From Vicugna vicugna (taxonomy: Eukaryota): a DNA stretch of 64,000 bases. The stretch is taken from assembly GCA_013265495.1 (NCBI GenBank), contig MU058384.1, positions 4,263,239 through 4,327,238 on the forward strand, read 5' to 3'. How positions within the stretch are numbered: the stretch's first letter is position 1; every line of letters starts with the position of its first letter. This document shows positions 36,976 through 48,396 of this stretch, one piece after another. Position numbers and translations under genes: made by a program. The notes beneath the pieces are model-generated. The model saw only the letters and a list, made by a program, of their open reading frames with translations. It did no database searches and was not told where the DNA came from.

Positions 36976-37800
36976 TCTGCCCTGTTCCCCAGAAGAGGAG
37001 GTAGGGCTGCTGCTGCTGCGGCGGCGGCGGCGGCGGCGGCAGCGGCGGCTGCTATCAGAAGGGAAATGCTTCCCAGACAGGGGAAGGCGAACCCCCGGAA
37101 AATCCTCTCCAGCTTCGGACAGGCAAGCCTCCTCCAGCCTGTCACAGCCTCCCTGTCCCTCCAGTCCCTCCACAAACCCTGACGCCGCGAGCGACTCACT
37201 TCCCAAGCTTTCTCACTGGTGAGGACTGTCACTGTCCTTCCTTCGAGAGAGAATGCATCTCCCCCCTTCTCTCTCAGGCACTGACTTCGCAGCACTTAAT
37301 TAATCCCAGGCTACAGCTGGAACGACAGCAGAGGGAAAAAAGCCATCGAGGTTTTAGCCTTTGCTTTTTCCGTTCTTCTGATTTATCTGTTTTCCGTTCT
37401 CTTTTGGGGCTTGTCAAAGTTTGTTAAGTGGCTTGTTTAGCCCCTGAAGGACGGCAGGCAAAGAAGCTGGGGGGGGGGGTCCCCTTTGCCAGCCTCTCAG
37501 AGGGGTCCTCCGGAGGCCAGTTCTCTGAAGGTGTCAGGTAAGGAGTCGCCCCCGTGGTGCCGGAAGCCTAGAAGATTCCCCGGCTCCAGCCCTGCAAGCC
37601 CGAGGAGCTCTCGGAAAACAGGGGAAGCCAGGCACCCGCACAGCCAATTTACAGCTGCTTCTTTCTGGAAGGTCTGGCCGGGGGCCACCTTGCCTGTCCA
37701 CTACGGTCTGCTCTAGGCTGGGGTTATTCCGAAGGCTCTTGGGTTGATTCTCGGCGCCACTGTTCACACACTCCCCTCCTCCACGCCCCTCCCCCTTTGC
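36896..37800 (-). promoter_or_regulatory. CpG-rich internal promoter and 5' UTR of the PDE7B alternative transcript
   Basis: Sharp local rise in GC and CpG. Sp/KLF-type CCACGCCC box at about 37781-37788, half-CRE TGACG at about 37180, G11 run at 37469-37479, no clear TATA. Confidence 0.75.
37006..37053. repeat. Interrupted GCN trinucleotide repeat (GCT)4(GCG)7 GCA (GCG)2 (GCT)2
   Basis: Read directly: 16 units, ending 30 nt upstream of the PDE7B ATG on the minus strand. Confidence 0.97.
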
Positions 37801-37946
37801 TGTCATTTGGTTCTCAGTAAACTTAACTGGGTTTTGGCCTCTTAGTCAAATCCCTTTGTAACCTCAGCTGCCCTTCGGCTGGAAGGGAAATAACACTGAA
37901 TCACATTCCAAAGCTCTCTCTGAAAGAAGTGAATTAGGGGAGCATC

Positions 37947-38012
37947 AACTATGCTGTACACCAGAAATTAACACAACATTGTAAACCAACTGTACTTCAA
38001 TTAAAAAAAAAA
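37947..38012 (+). mobile_element. Very short L1 3' terminal fragment
   Basis: GCTGTACACCAGAAATTAACACAACATTGTAAACCAACTGTACTTCAATT followed by A10. Confidence 0.8.
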
Positions 38013-39252
38013 TCCTGCAAACATCCAGTGGGGTTCCATAGTCTGGACACCTAGCTCGGGATGGTTAAAAATTTTTTTCAAAGAAGGAGTAATCATTTCC
38101 TTTAATAACAATTTTAAAGGCTATTCACTGAGGGCATAAATGACAGTGCAAAGAAAGGGAAGAAAGTGTTGCAAGTTCACCCTCCAGAGACAGAGCACTG
38201 TGGACATAATGTTTGGGCCACTAATTGCTACCCCCTTCCCCTGACAGTGGTTTGGTTGAGGGCAATCATGGGCCACGTGTCTTGGATCCGGAGGCTCATA
38301 GATGCAGGCACTCACCCTGGAAGTAAGAACCCCTACCACAGAAGAGGACGCCCCCTGGGGCTAATGTGAAAAGCCCTGGACATAAATGAAACTGGGGTGG
38401 TATTGTATTTGGCACTTTTGCCAGCAAATTGGGTTTGAACGAACAATTTGAACTTGGACGTTCACACGGAGAGCTCCTATTTTCTTGGGGAGACCACTGT
38501 AACAATTCCATCTTTCTTTCCTTTTTACGTCTCTGCATGGCAAAGTGCTTTATTTCGCTTGGCATTTTATTTTGTTGATGTACAATCTGTTGCTCCTGTC
38601 TGCGTCCCTTTTAGGACTCTTTTATTATACAATCATTTGATGTTTCTTTAGGGGAGAGAAGAGGGGACTTAGGGGAGAAGAGAAAGACCATTGTAGGGTG
38701 TGTATTATTTTCAATGCCCTCACCTCATTTTTGAAACTAGCAAAGGCTACTGCAATTTTGTTGTTGTTGTTATTATTATTTCTCTAAACCCGTGGTTAAT
38801 AAGTTTAGTTTTCCACACTGAATTAAGTGGCTTTTCTTTTTTTCTGGATGGAAAAGTACACTGGCAAACCTACTGTCTCTCTTAATACGTAAAACCTTTT
38901 TTACCTATTAAGGTCAGCATCCTTTAAGGATATAAAACAATAAAAGCCATTTATGACACTGATGCTTGGAAATTTCATTATTAAAATATTGGTCAAACAA
39001 CTCTTTCTACAACAACCAGATATTCATACAGTCCAATTAGGGAATAATCAATGATCCACTTATGAGAAAAATGTGCCTTTTAAAAACTTCCCTCTTTGTT
39101 AAGAGATGAAAGGATTTAAGTGTAAGTCTGACAGTTCCACCACTTTTGCTGGCCCTCCCAATTCTTACCTTACCCTTCCATCAGCCTGGGGCATCCAGGC
39201 TCTCTAGAACTGAGACAATTTTATTTAATAAGCACAGGTAGACTGTTGTATT

Positions 39253-39448
39253 NNNNNNNNNNNNNNNNNNNNNNNNNNNNNNNNNNNNNNNNNNNNNNNN
39301 NNNNNNNNNNNNNNNNNNNNNNNNNNNNNNNNNNNNNNNNNNNNNNNNNNNNNNNNNNNNNNNNNNNNNNNNNNNNNNNNNNNNNNNNNNNNNNNNNNNN
39401 NNNNNNNNNNNNNNNNNNNNNNNNNNNNNNNNNNNNNNNNNNNNNNNN
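39253..39448. other. N gap, 196 nt
   Basis: Run of N. Confidence 0.99.
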
Positions 39449-40942
39449 AATATGTCACATACACTAATATATTAAGAATATAACTCTTCATTGCACATCT
39501 CTTCAAGAATGACTTTTTAAAAGACCAAGAATATGCTTCCATTGTCTTCTCTAGATTGTTTTACACATCTCCTCATAAAAATACCTTAAAGAAGTTACAA
39601 AATGTTGACTCACTGAACATGAATACTTCCTAGTGGAAATGTATTAGGGCCAAGCAAATACCATCTCAAATTTTCAAAGAGGAATCTCCTTCATTTGAAG
39701 GTTTGAAAATTGAAAATTTTGCACAATTAAAAACAAAAATTCTCCCCAATATGGGATTATCTTCATCCCAAGGTAGAAGTGCAGAAATACCACAAGGAAG
39801 GTCATTCTCATGGTATTTCTGGCTCACACAGAAACAGGAAGTACAGGAAATCTTGCGAGAAAGCTTGGCTCAGGAGATTTTTGGCTCAACTGCTGGTTCA
39901 AGAGATCCGGACAAATTAATGAGATGCTAACACTTGTCGGACTAAAATTACTTACTATACTTCACAAATTCTCTAAAAGGCTCTGTTACATTTCCTACCT
40001 AGCATCTTAGAGGCTGTGATCTCTTTTGCCTTTCAGATAGTTACTTTAGAAGATCATGCCTGTAAACCTATGATTTCCCCTTACCCAGGAAACATTATTC
40101 ACCTTGAGATAGTGTTATACCAGGGATGGGGAGAAGGGGCTGATGGGGAGGTTCTGTGCCCAGAAGTGTCATGGAGCAAAGAGGTCCCATCTATGTGACT
40201 TGTAGGATTCTTACAAATTTTAGTATCCATAACTAATGTGCTACAAATAGGAAGTTTAAGACAGATTTTCAAATAACCTCATTTTTTTTCAGGCATTATG
40301 AATCAACTTAACTTTCCATGAAGAGGAAAATAAAGTAGTTCTCTTCTTCTTTATGCGACAGAAATGCAATGAGAACTAACGAAGTCAAAACAGCTTGTTC
40401 CAATGGATACCTAATTCTATCAAAACCACTTTGCTGTGCATTTGCAGCTATAAAAGAAAGAACTGATAACCATAGTGCTAAAGTATATGGCCAAGAAAAA
40501 AGATTCAAAGACATAATGGTTTAGAATCTGGATTATTTTAAAGAATTTCCAGGGTTCTGGGGGTTATGCAAAAATCTTGTAGACGTAAAGCTGTTCTAAT
40601 CGCTAGGCAGATAAGCCCTCATTCTATATGATTTTACAAAGAAAATAGTAATAATAATATTTAGTATTTCTAAGCATTCTAGAGGATGTGCATTTTTTAA
40701 AATGGAAACTTAGAAATATATATTCATTTGAATTTTAGATTATTTTGAGTCTGTCAATAGATCTCACAAAACTTAAACTTAATTAATAAAAATCTTCTTA
40801 CTCAGATATTTTGGAAGTACTTCAAACAATTTATTAACCTCCATTCTGCTTCTATATTTAAATACAAATTTCAAGCCCTTGAGGGAGTTTATTCATTTTG
40901 TTCTGGCCTTTTTTCTCCATCAGTTTAAATTCGGATGTGTAA

Positions 40943-40987
40943 ACACACACACACACACACACACACGCGCGCGCGCGCACACACACA
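40943..40987. repeat. Compound (AC)12(GC)6(AC)4 microsatellite
   Basis: Read directly. Confidence 0.97.
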
Positions 40988-42289
40988 TGACCACCCGGGT
41001 TTCACAAATGCAATTCAAATGAAATTCAAAATGAGCAAGGGAGGAAAAACAGGTCTTTCAACTTTGTTTAATGTAGTCTAAGTAGAAGAAGCTCAAACAA
41101 TTTACAGTGTCCTTCAGGACAAATAGCAGTGTAATAACTTCGGCCTTAACTAATCTGGAGGAATAATGCCAGCAAGAAGTGGAAAGGACTTGGTCTACAG
41201 ACCGACCATAGAAGGCAGCACATATTTCCATTGTCACGTGGAAAAGGAGGAGAGTGGTGGGGCAGGATGAGAAAAGACAGGGTGGGGGGGGAGTGGGAGG
41301 GGGCTGAACTGACAGATTCATAGTTCGATTTCACAACAGGTTTCTAAACTACAGCCGATTGTTCCCTTATTCACTCGGCAAATATGTATTAACAGCTAGA
41401 GCAACAGCAGAGGAGAGAACCTCCTGTACCAGCCCCTGGGTCTTTTTTCAGGGACTGGGACGTGTCTGGCCTCCCCCACCTCGATTCTGGTTTTCACTAT
41501 GAGTTATATCTTCTATTACTTTTCTTTGGACATTTAAAGAGAGAAACCAGAATGTTTAAGCTGGCACCAGACCTCTGTCCTGGCTCTTAGATATCTAACT
41601 AATGCTAACTTTACTGTCTCTTGACTGTTAACCCACAGCAAGTAGCTTTGATATAATACCGAGTCCAGTAACACAGGGATTGAGAACAAAGTGGCTGGAA
41701 GACTGGATTTTCTCCATCAGGCTCCTCCTCCCTGCTGAAGAATAAAACCTGCTGTTTGCTGCATGATGGAAGACCTGATGCTTTACTGTGTGATGGTGGC
41801 ATCCTCGGGCTGAAACCTCTCTAGGATTTCAGAACTTATTTCTTATTTCAAAAGACTGTACGTGGTGGTGGAGTACACTTGTAATTTCATGTTCGGATGT
41901 GTCACCTTCTTAAAAAAATAGCTACTGTGATGATATCTCCAAGTAGCCCTCCAAGACTACTTACCTTCGGGTTACAAAAACTGTATTGCAATCTCAACTC
42001 ACCACCGAGCTTTGCCTCAAACTTAGAGACTGATCTATATAAATGGGTATGATAGCAATAACCACCTTATCACTGGGATCTTGTAAGAGCAAAATAAGAT
42101 TAAAATGTGGGTTATTCATAAACAATAATGGGCTGTAAGTTTTAAAAATGATTGTTTTTAAGTATAAGAAATCATACTTGACAATCCACCTAGACTCAAA
42201 TTTCAGTTATACTCTCCTGGATTCTATAAGAGAGCTAAAAAGTCAAACCCTCCATCCTTGAAGTAGGTCCCACTTTGGAAATCTGTGTT

Positions 42290-42560
42290 CCCTGTGAGGA
42301 TTTAGGAGGAGAAGAAATTAGAGACAGGGGTACTGGAGACAGTATTGGAGAGTGGCCCAATGGGAGAGAGAGTGAGGGATTTAATAGTACAAACGGAGGG
42401 AAAGGTGGGCAAAATATTAAATGTGAATGAGAGTGGACAGATAAAGAACAAAGTATGTGTTAAAAGAAGGGGCTCAAAAGGATATATGCTCATTGTAATT
42501 CCATTTTGGAGGTGTGATAACAGTCCATGAATTATGTTTAGGGTGTAAGTCTGCATGATC
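42290..42560 (-). mobile_element. L2 fragment
   Basis: Purine-rich decayed antisense L2 ending CCATTTTGGAGGTG...GTCTG. Confidence 0.5.
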
Positions 42561-43363
42561 AGTACCATGGGTTATTTAATGTTCTGGTTAATACTCTACT
42601 GGTTCCCAATTTCAGGCTACAATGACTAATCAGTGTATTTGATGTTCATGAGCTGTACAGCTTTGTGTTGCATGCTGTGGCAGTGAACACGTGTCTTCAG
42701 GCCTCCCTTGGCCTCAGTTCCTAGACAAACTGTGTGGGCCTCACATTTTTTGCTTGGGGTCTATATTCCTCAAACAATTTTATAATTTTGACAGCTCTTA
42801 GCTCATCTCCGTTTAATTGATGTGTTTTTAAAAGAAGTGTAGTATGTAAAACAAAATACAATGCTTAAAAAGTGGCTTAAACAACGTCAGAAATATGTAT
42901 CTACTGTTTTTTTTTTGCAAGTGAGATGCATGGATTCTAGAAGTTCTCAAGAATTAGGCCAGGCAGAGAAGACCTCAAGGACACTGGAGGGGAGTTGGCC
43001 CAGATGTCCTCAAAGAGGGAAAATTTTCCCCTCTTAATATAATCAAAATAAACTAGATCACTAATAAGATATAGAAATGTTTTTAGTATAAACAACATAA
43101 AAGAAAAGTGAGAAAACGTAAGGAATAAAACCTCCTAACAGCACCTGTTTTCCCACCTTGGCTTTCATTTATGTTTATGTTTATGGAGTTCAAAGTCAAT
43201 TTAGAAGACAGAAGTTTCTACTATATGTGTATGAAGTGTAGTTCTACTGCCTCTTCAAATTATTCTTTATTTTTCCCTGTTTCTTTCACTTACTGCATCC
43301 TGGTGATTATGAATTACATAAAATATCTCTGCCAAAAAGAGTCTCTCAGATGCTATTCCAAAG

Positions 43364-43512
43364 CAATGCTTCTCAGATGTCAGTGTGCACACAAATCACC
43401 TGGAGATCCTATTAAAATGCAGATTCTGATCGGGCAGGTCTGAGTGGGGACCTGAGACTCTGCATTTCTATCAAGTTCTCCAGGGTGACAAGGCTGCTAG
43501 GCTGTGGCCATG
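43364..43512 (+). mobile_element. MER5A1-like hAT-Charlie element
   Basis: CAATGCTTCTCAG...AATCACCTGGAGATCCTATTAAAATGCAGATTCTGAT...CTCTGCATTTCTA. Confidence 0.88.
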
Positions 43513-45738
43513 TGGCAGGTGTTTTCTGCCTCTTCCATGTTAGTTACTTATGAAAGAAAAAGCAGCAAAAGTCCCAGTCTTTACAGGAACACGTATTAGA
43601 ACTTTTGAAAACAATCAGTAGTAGCTCAAGTTAAATAGTCTCAACTGGAAATAAGCAACCAGAACTGCAATATTAGAGCAAGGGCTGAGTCCAGGGACAT
43701 TCGTGACACTGAACCATTGAGTGGCTTTTAAATTTTGTGTCATTCATTTCTTTTCCTTTATGAATTAACTTGAAAGAGAAGGTTAACTATCCTGTATAAA
43801 TCACTGTGATGAATAGTGTACATACAAGGGAGTCAAATTCAAAACCACATGGCTATTTTTGAAAGTCTTTTCTCACCAATGTCAAAACAAAATCTACTTT
43901 GGCCAATTTTGCCATCGCTCCCTCTTTCCAGCACTTTGTTGCACTCCTACTACTATTTTCAGAATGACTGGAATACAGGCAAGGCTCTGAGTCTTTGATC
44001 TCCATCATCTGGGATACTCTCACCAAGACCCACTCCTTTATTTGATTTATTAAAGGTCTATGTAAAGTGGTCTTCGGATGCAGTCTGGTAATCTTTCCCA
44101 CTGTAATATTCTAGGCATGAATGAATGGTGACCAGATGATTCTACAAAGCAAAGATGGCGAAAAAAAGAAAGTAGGCATTTGTGGTACTATAACCAGCAA
44201 GTGGCCCATGGTGCTGCTGACTCAGAAGAACATACTGCAATGTCACAGCCTCAGTGAAACACAAAACAAGACACAGAAGATAAATAAACTCTGCAACAAG
44301 TTGCACTCTTTATCAGGTATCACCTGGAATTCATGCAGCTCCAGACATAGTATTATTCGTGTGAAAGTGAGGCCAAAAGCAAGAGGCATGTGAAATCAAC
44401 TGGAAGGCAAGGGTAATCAAGAGCATGAGGCTCGCATGCTGCCACATTTATGTGATTAAAAATTTGTACAGTTAACTAAGAACGTTTGGAATAAATGGAA
44501 GCATCTGCAGGTAATTGGAAACACAGTGTGCTGCATTTTCCCCCCATTGTCTTTCCTGGTTTTTTTCTAGGGCTTTGCTACAGTGATGAACACCTGTATT
44601 TCCTGTCATCTACAGGAGTAACTGGAAAACAGGAAAGGGAGAGCTGGATTAAAAACAAATATTTATCATGGTTATTTTTGGGGTAACTTTAGAACCTGTT
44701 TTTCTCTGTGATGGCAGGAGAATCAGTGATGAAAAGTAAAGGGGAGGCTATTTAACATGCAGTCTGTAGACAATGAATAACACACTCTGTATAGTATGGT
44801 ACAGGGATTCCAGCTGAAGCCCCCCTTTTTTGATATGTAGTGTTGCTAGAGGAATAACAGCACCATTGTCAAGGAAAGCAAGCCTAGCACACTAGGGTAA
44901 CTGACAATATTGATGCATATACGAGATCCTCATTATCTAAAGGTTCTCTAAGAGTTTCCTTCTGGTAAACTTCTTTTTCATTCCACATTCAAATTCTAAC
45001 TAAAATTTGCTCCTTCTATTCTATAAATGATCTAAAATGATGGCATAGCTTTCTGTCTCTAAGATATGGTTACCAGTGATCCTACTCTGTTTTCTCCTGT
45101 GGATCTTTGGGCCCTCATACTTTCAGTCCTCCATGACCTTCTTCCTGAATCCATTCTGCAGTCTGATCATGAGACTTCTTGCATTCTCTGTCCTCTTATA
45201 CATCTTTGCTTTTGACATTCATGTTCTGTTGCCTATTTATGTGCAAGCTAAAAATACCTACTTTTGACTTCCATGTGTTCACACACCTTGTGGCCCTTAC
45301 ATCTCTGTGTCTTGGTTAGAGTGTAAGGGGTCAATTCCAGAACCACCTATAACTAGGCTTTTAATAAATACCTTTTTAATGCTGCTCTTCTTTGCTTTTA
45401 CACTTTGAGGAGTGAATTGATTGAGCGACTACTAGCATGTGTTTTTCAAGTGTCTCATTAACCATTAAAAAAGTTCAGTGATGTCTTATTTTTAAAAGTT
45501 ATAGTATTATGAATTAGATATACCTTGTAATCATGTCATTTTCAAACATGTAACAAATAGAAAGTGATATTAATACTGATTTGGCACAAAGAGATTTATT
45601 ACTTAAAAAAATAGTCCAAATCCCTTTGTTGGGCATTCAGTGTTTTCAAAAATAGGTTCCTACTGACGAGTCCTGAAAACTCACTCCAACTTACATTTAG
45701 CACTCAAAATTCCTATGGAACTCATATTGTTGCCCATA

Positions 45739-46256
45739 CATGGTACATGCACTGTGATAATGGCCTTCCAAAGATGTCCACATCCTAGTCCTTAGAACTT
45801 GTGAATATGTTATTTTACATGGCAAGAGAAATTAAAGTAGCAGATGGAATTAAGGTTGCTAGTCAGCTGATGTTAAAATATAGAGACTTCTGAATTATCT
45901 GCATGGGCCCAGTGTAAGCACTAGAGTTATTAAATATGGACGAGGGAAGCAGGAGAGGCAGTGTCAGAGTGATGGCATGTGAGAAAGACTCAAGTCGTCA
46001 ATGCTGGCTTTGAAGACAGAAAGGGGCCCTCAAGCCAAGGAAAGAGGGCAGTCTTTCAAAGAAAGAAAAGACAAAAACTAGATTCTCTTTAGAGTCATCA
46101 GAACAGAATGCAGAGACCTGCAGACACTTTGATATTGGCCCTGTGGAACTGATTTCAGACTTCTAATCTCCAAAACTGTAAGATAAAACATTTGTGTTTG
46201 CTTTAAGCCACTAAGTTTGGGTAATTTTTTTATAGCAGCAATAGAAAACTAGTATG
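45739..46256 (+). mobile_element. MaLR solo LTR, MLT1D/MLT1E-like
   Basis: AAAGATGTCCAC...GCAGATGGAATTAAGGTTGCT...TTTAAGCCACTAAGTTTG...GCAGCAATAGAAAACTA. Confidence 0.88.
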
Positions 46257-47140
46257 TTTATTGCTCACACGTTATTCTTCCCTTTGTTGGGAAAGATTTT
46301 TTCCATCCATCTAATCCAGAAAAAGTCCCATTTTCTTCATGAAGTCTTTGTGCTCCACCTGAAATCACCTCTTCTACTTAAATAAAGCAGCACCTCTTCT
46401 GCATTTTATCTATCTGTAAGGTAACTTTACGTGTATCACTATTTGCCTTTGATGCTCTGCTTGTCTTCTAATTTAGGCTGCAAGGACCATTGTTTCATAT
46501 TTCTAACATAAAATCCTGGTGATGTATCCTTCCTTCCTTCATTCATTCAATCTGCATTTCCTGAGTGGTTAATAATTTACTGAGTGTCCCATGCTAAGTG
46601 CTTGATATACAAAGCCATGTTTCCTGTCCTTCAAATTATTTACAAATTTAGTGGAGAAACAAACACATATGCAACTAACTATAAAGCACAGTGAACTGTA
46701 CTGTTAAAATGTATCTGTGGATAGAACACGTCTCAATTAGTGTTTGTTATTAATAATGATGAAAACCAACTTTTTTCATTAAATTTTTTCTTATATCTTG
46801 CCAATTAAGACAACATCTAAAAATTTATTTAAAACAAACAAAACATCATGAACTATTATACAGAGTTTGTATGTCTCCAGGATAACATGGATGGTTAATT
46901 ACATTTTTGTTGATTATATTTTATTTGATGACAAGATTTTTTCTTTTTCAAGTTTAGCTGTAATGATTTTAAAACTTCAAGAATAGTCTCACTACTTTTC
47001 TCCAGTGAGTTGACACTGAATTCCTAGTGAATTGGCAACTTAGGAAAAGTTCTTATTCCTAGATAGCCAGGAAAGACAAATCATGCAATGCTAAAGTTTT
47101 AGGGGACTTTAGAGATAAATTAACCGTTTCAATTAGATCA

Positions 47141-47439
47141 CATCTTAATTCAGGCTGACGACAGACTGGGTGGCTTACACCACTGAAATTTATTTCTCAC
47201 CACAGTTCTGGGGCCTGAAAGTCTGAGATCAGGGTGTCTCTGTGGCTGAGTTCAGGTGAGGATCCTCATACTAAGGCTGCCTTCTTACTATAGCCTCACA
47301 TGCTGGAGACAAACCACCCCTCTTGGAGTCTCATAATCTTGTTTATGAGGGTCCACTCTCATGACCAATTACCCATCGCACTGGGATTGGGGTTTCAACA
47401 TATGGATCTGGGGAGGACACAAACATTCAATCCATAGCA
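47141..47439 (-). mobile_element. MaLR solo LTR, MLT1A-like, with perfect 5-bp TSD
   Basis: GACTGGGTGGCTTA...AAATTTATTTCTCAC...TTTCAACATATG...GGACACAAACATTCAATCCATAGCA. TSD GATCA at 47136-47140 and 47440-47444. Confidence 0.92.
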
Positions 47440-47509
47440 GATCATTTTCTAATTTGACCAATAATGACAACATAAGTCCTGGATTCTCACATACCTGAGC
47501 TCAAGCATT

Positions 47510-47730
47510 TCCTTTAAGTGCTTATGTACCCAATACAGTGCTAAGCATTTTATATGAAATGCTTTATTTTATCCTCACAAGAACCCAGATGAGATAGGTA
47601 CAATCATGATCCCCCATGAAAGTAATCTGCTCAAGATTCAGATGCTATCAATCTGAAGAAGAGTGACTGGAACCAGGGCAGGCCGATTCCAGAGCACACT
47701 CCCTGAACACTATGCTTTACTGCCTGTGTG
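47510..47730 (-). mobile_element. MIR
   Basis: GTGCTAAGCATTTTATATG...ATCCTCACAAGAACCC...AGGTAC...GAACACTATGC. Confidence 0.7.
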
Positions 47731-48269
47731 GTTAGGGTGTTCTTGAAAGCAGTAAGAACTGTGCCTGATTCACAGACTGTAACCATATCTGGTTTTATCA
47801 TGAAACACTTGTGTGGGACACATAAGAAAGAAAGAATAATTACGACACCACAACACCTATTTCTATAGCAATTCTTCATGGCAGGATTATATCTTGTGTC
47901 CCTCAAACCATATTCACTCCCACTGTGGTCATGACTGTAGCCACCAGAGGTTGGACTTTAGGTTTTTTTGCCACAACCTTCATCCAGGAAGTGCTGAAGA
48001 AGATCTTCCTCTCTTAGTGTGACTGGAGAGAAAGAACATGGTACACATGGACATTCTAAAAAGTTAGATGAACATCTGGCATCTGGTCTCCCTTCAGTAA
48101 TGGGAAGATTCAAATCAGAATCTTCATTCCTAAAATAACTTTATTCCTTTTGAAAAGTGACTTGACTTGCCCACCACTTATGACTGCCATTGCCATGCAC
48201 TGGATATATTCTGGGTAGTGATGGAAGATTATTAGAATAGTTTCTATGTGATCTAAACATAATTGCAGT

Positions 48270-48396
48270 GGGGAGGTATATAGCTCAGTGGTAGAGCGCA
48301 TGCCTAGCATGAATGAGGTCCTGGGTTCAACTCCCAGTACTTCTGTTAAAAAACAAGTAAAACTAATTACCTCCTTCCATAAAAATTTTTTAAAAA
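48270..48396 (+). mobile_element. Camelid tRNA-derived SINE (Vic-1 type) with TSD
   Basis: GGGGAGGTATATAGCTCAGTGGTAGAG...GGGTTCAACTCC. Target-site duplication TAAACATAAT(T)TGCAG at 48254-48268 and 48397-48412. Confidence 0.92.

Noticed and set aside
36700-37182. Plus-strand 160-aa poly-Ala ORF and other overlapping ORFs at the CpG island
   Set aside because: Products of GC richness, the repeat and the N gap. Only the minus-strand MPVLQ frame has recognisable homology and a matching donor.
37534-37806. Minus-strand 90-aa ORF MTAKGEGRGG...
   Set aside because: No recognised homology, no suitable donor seen, and it lies in stop-poor GC-rich promoter DNA.
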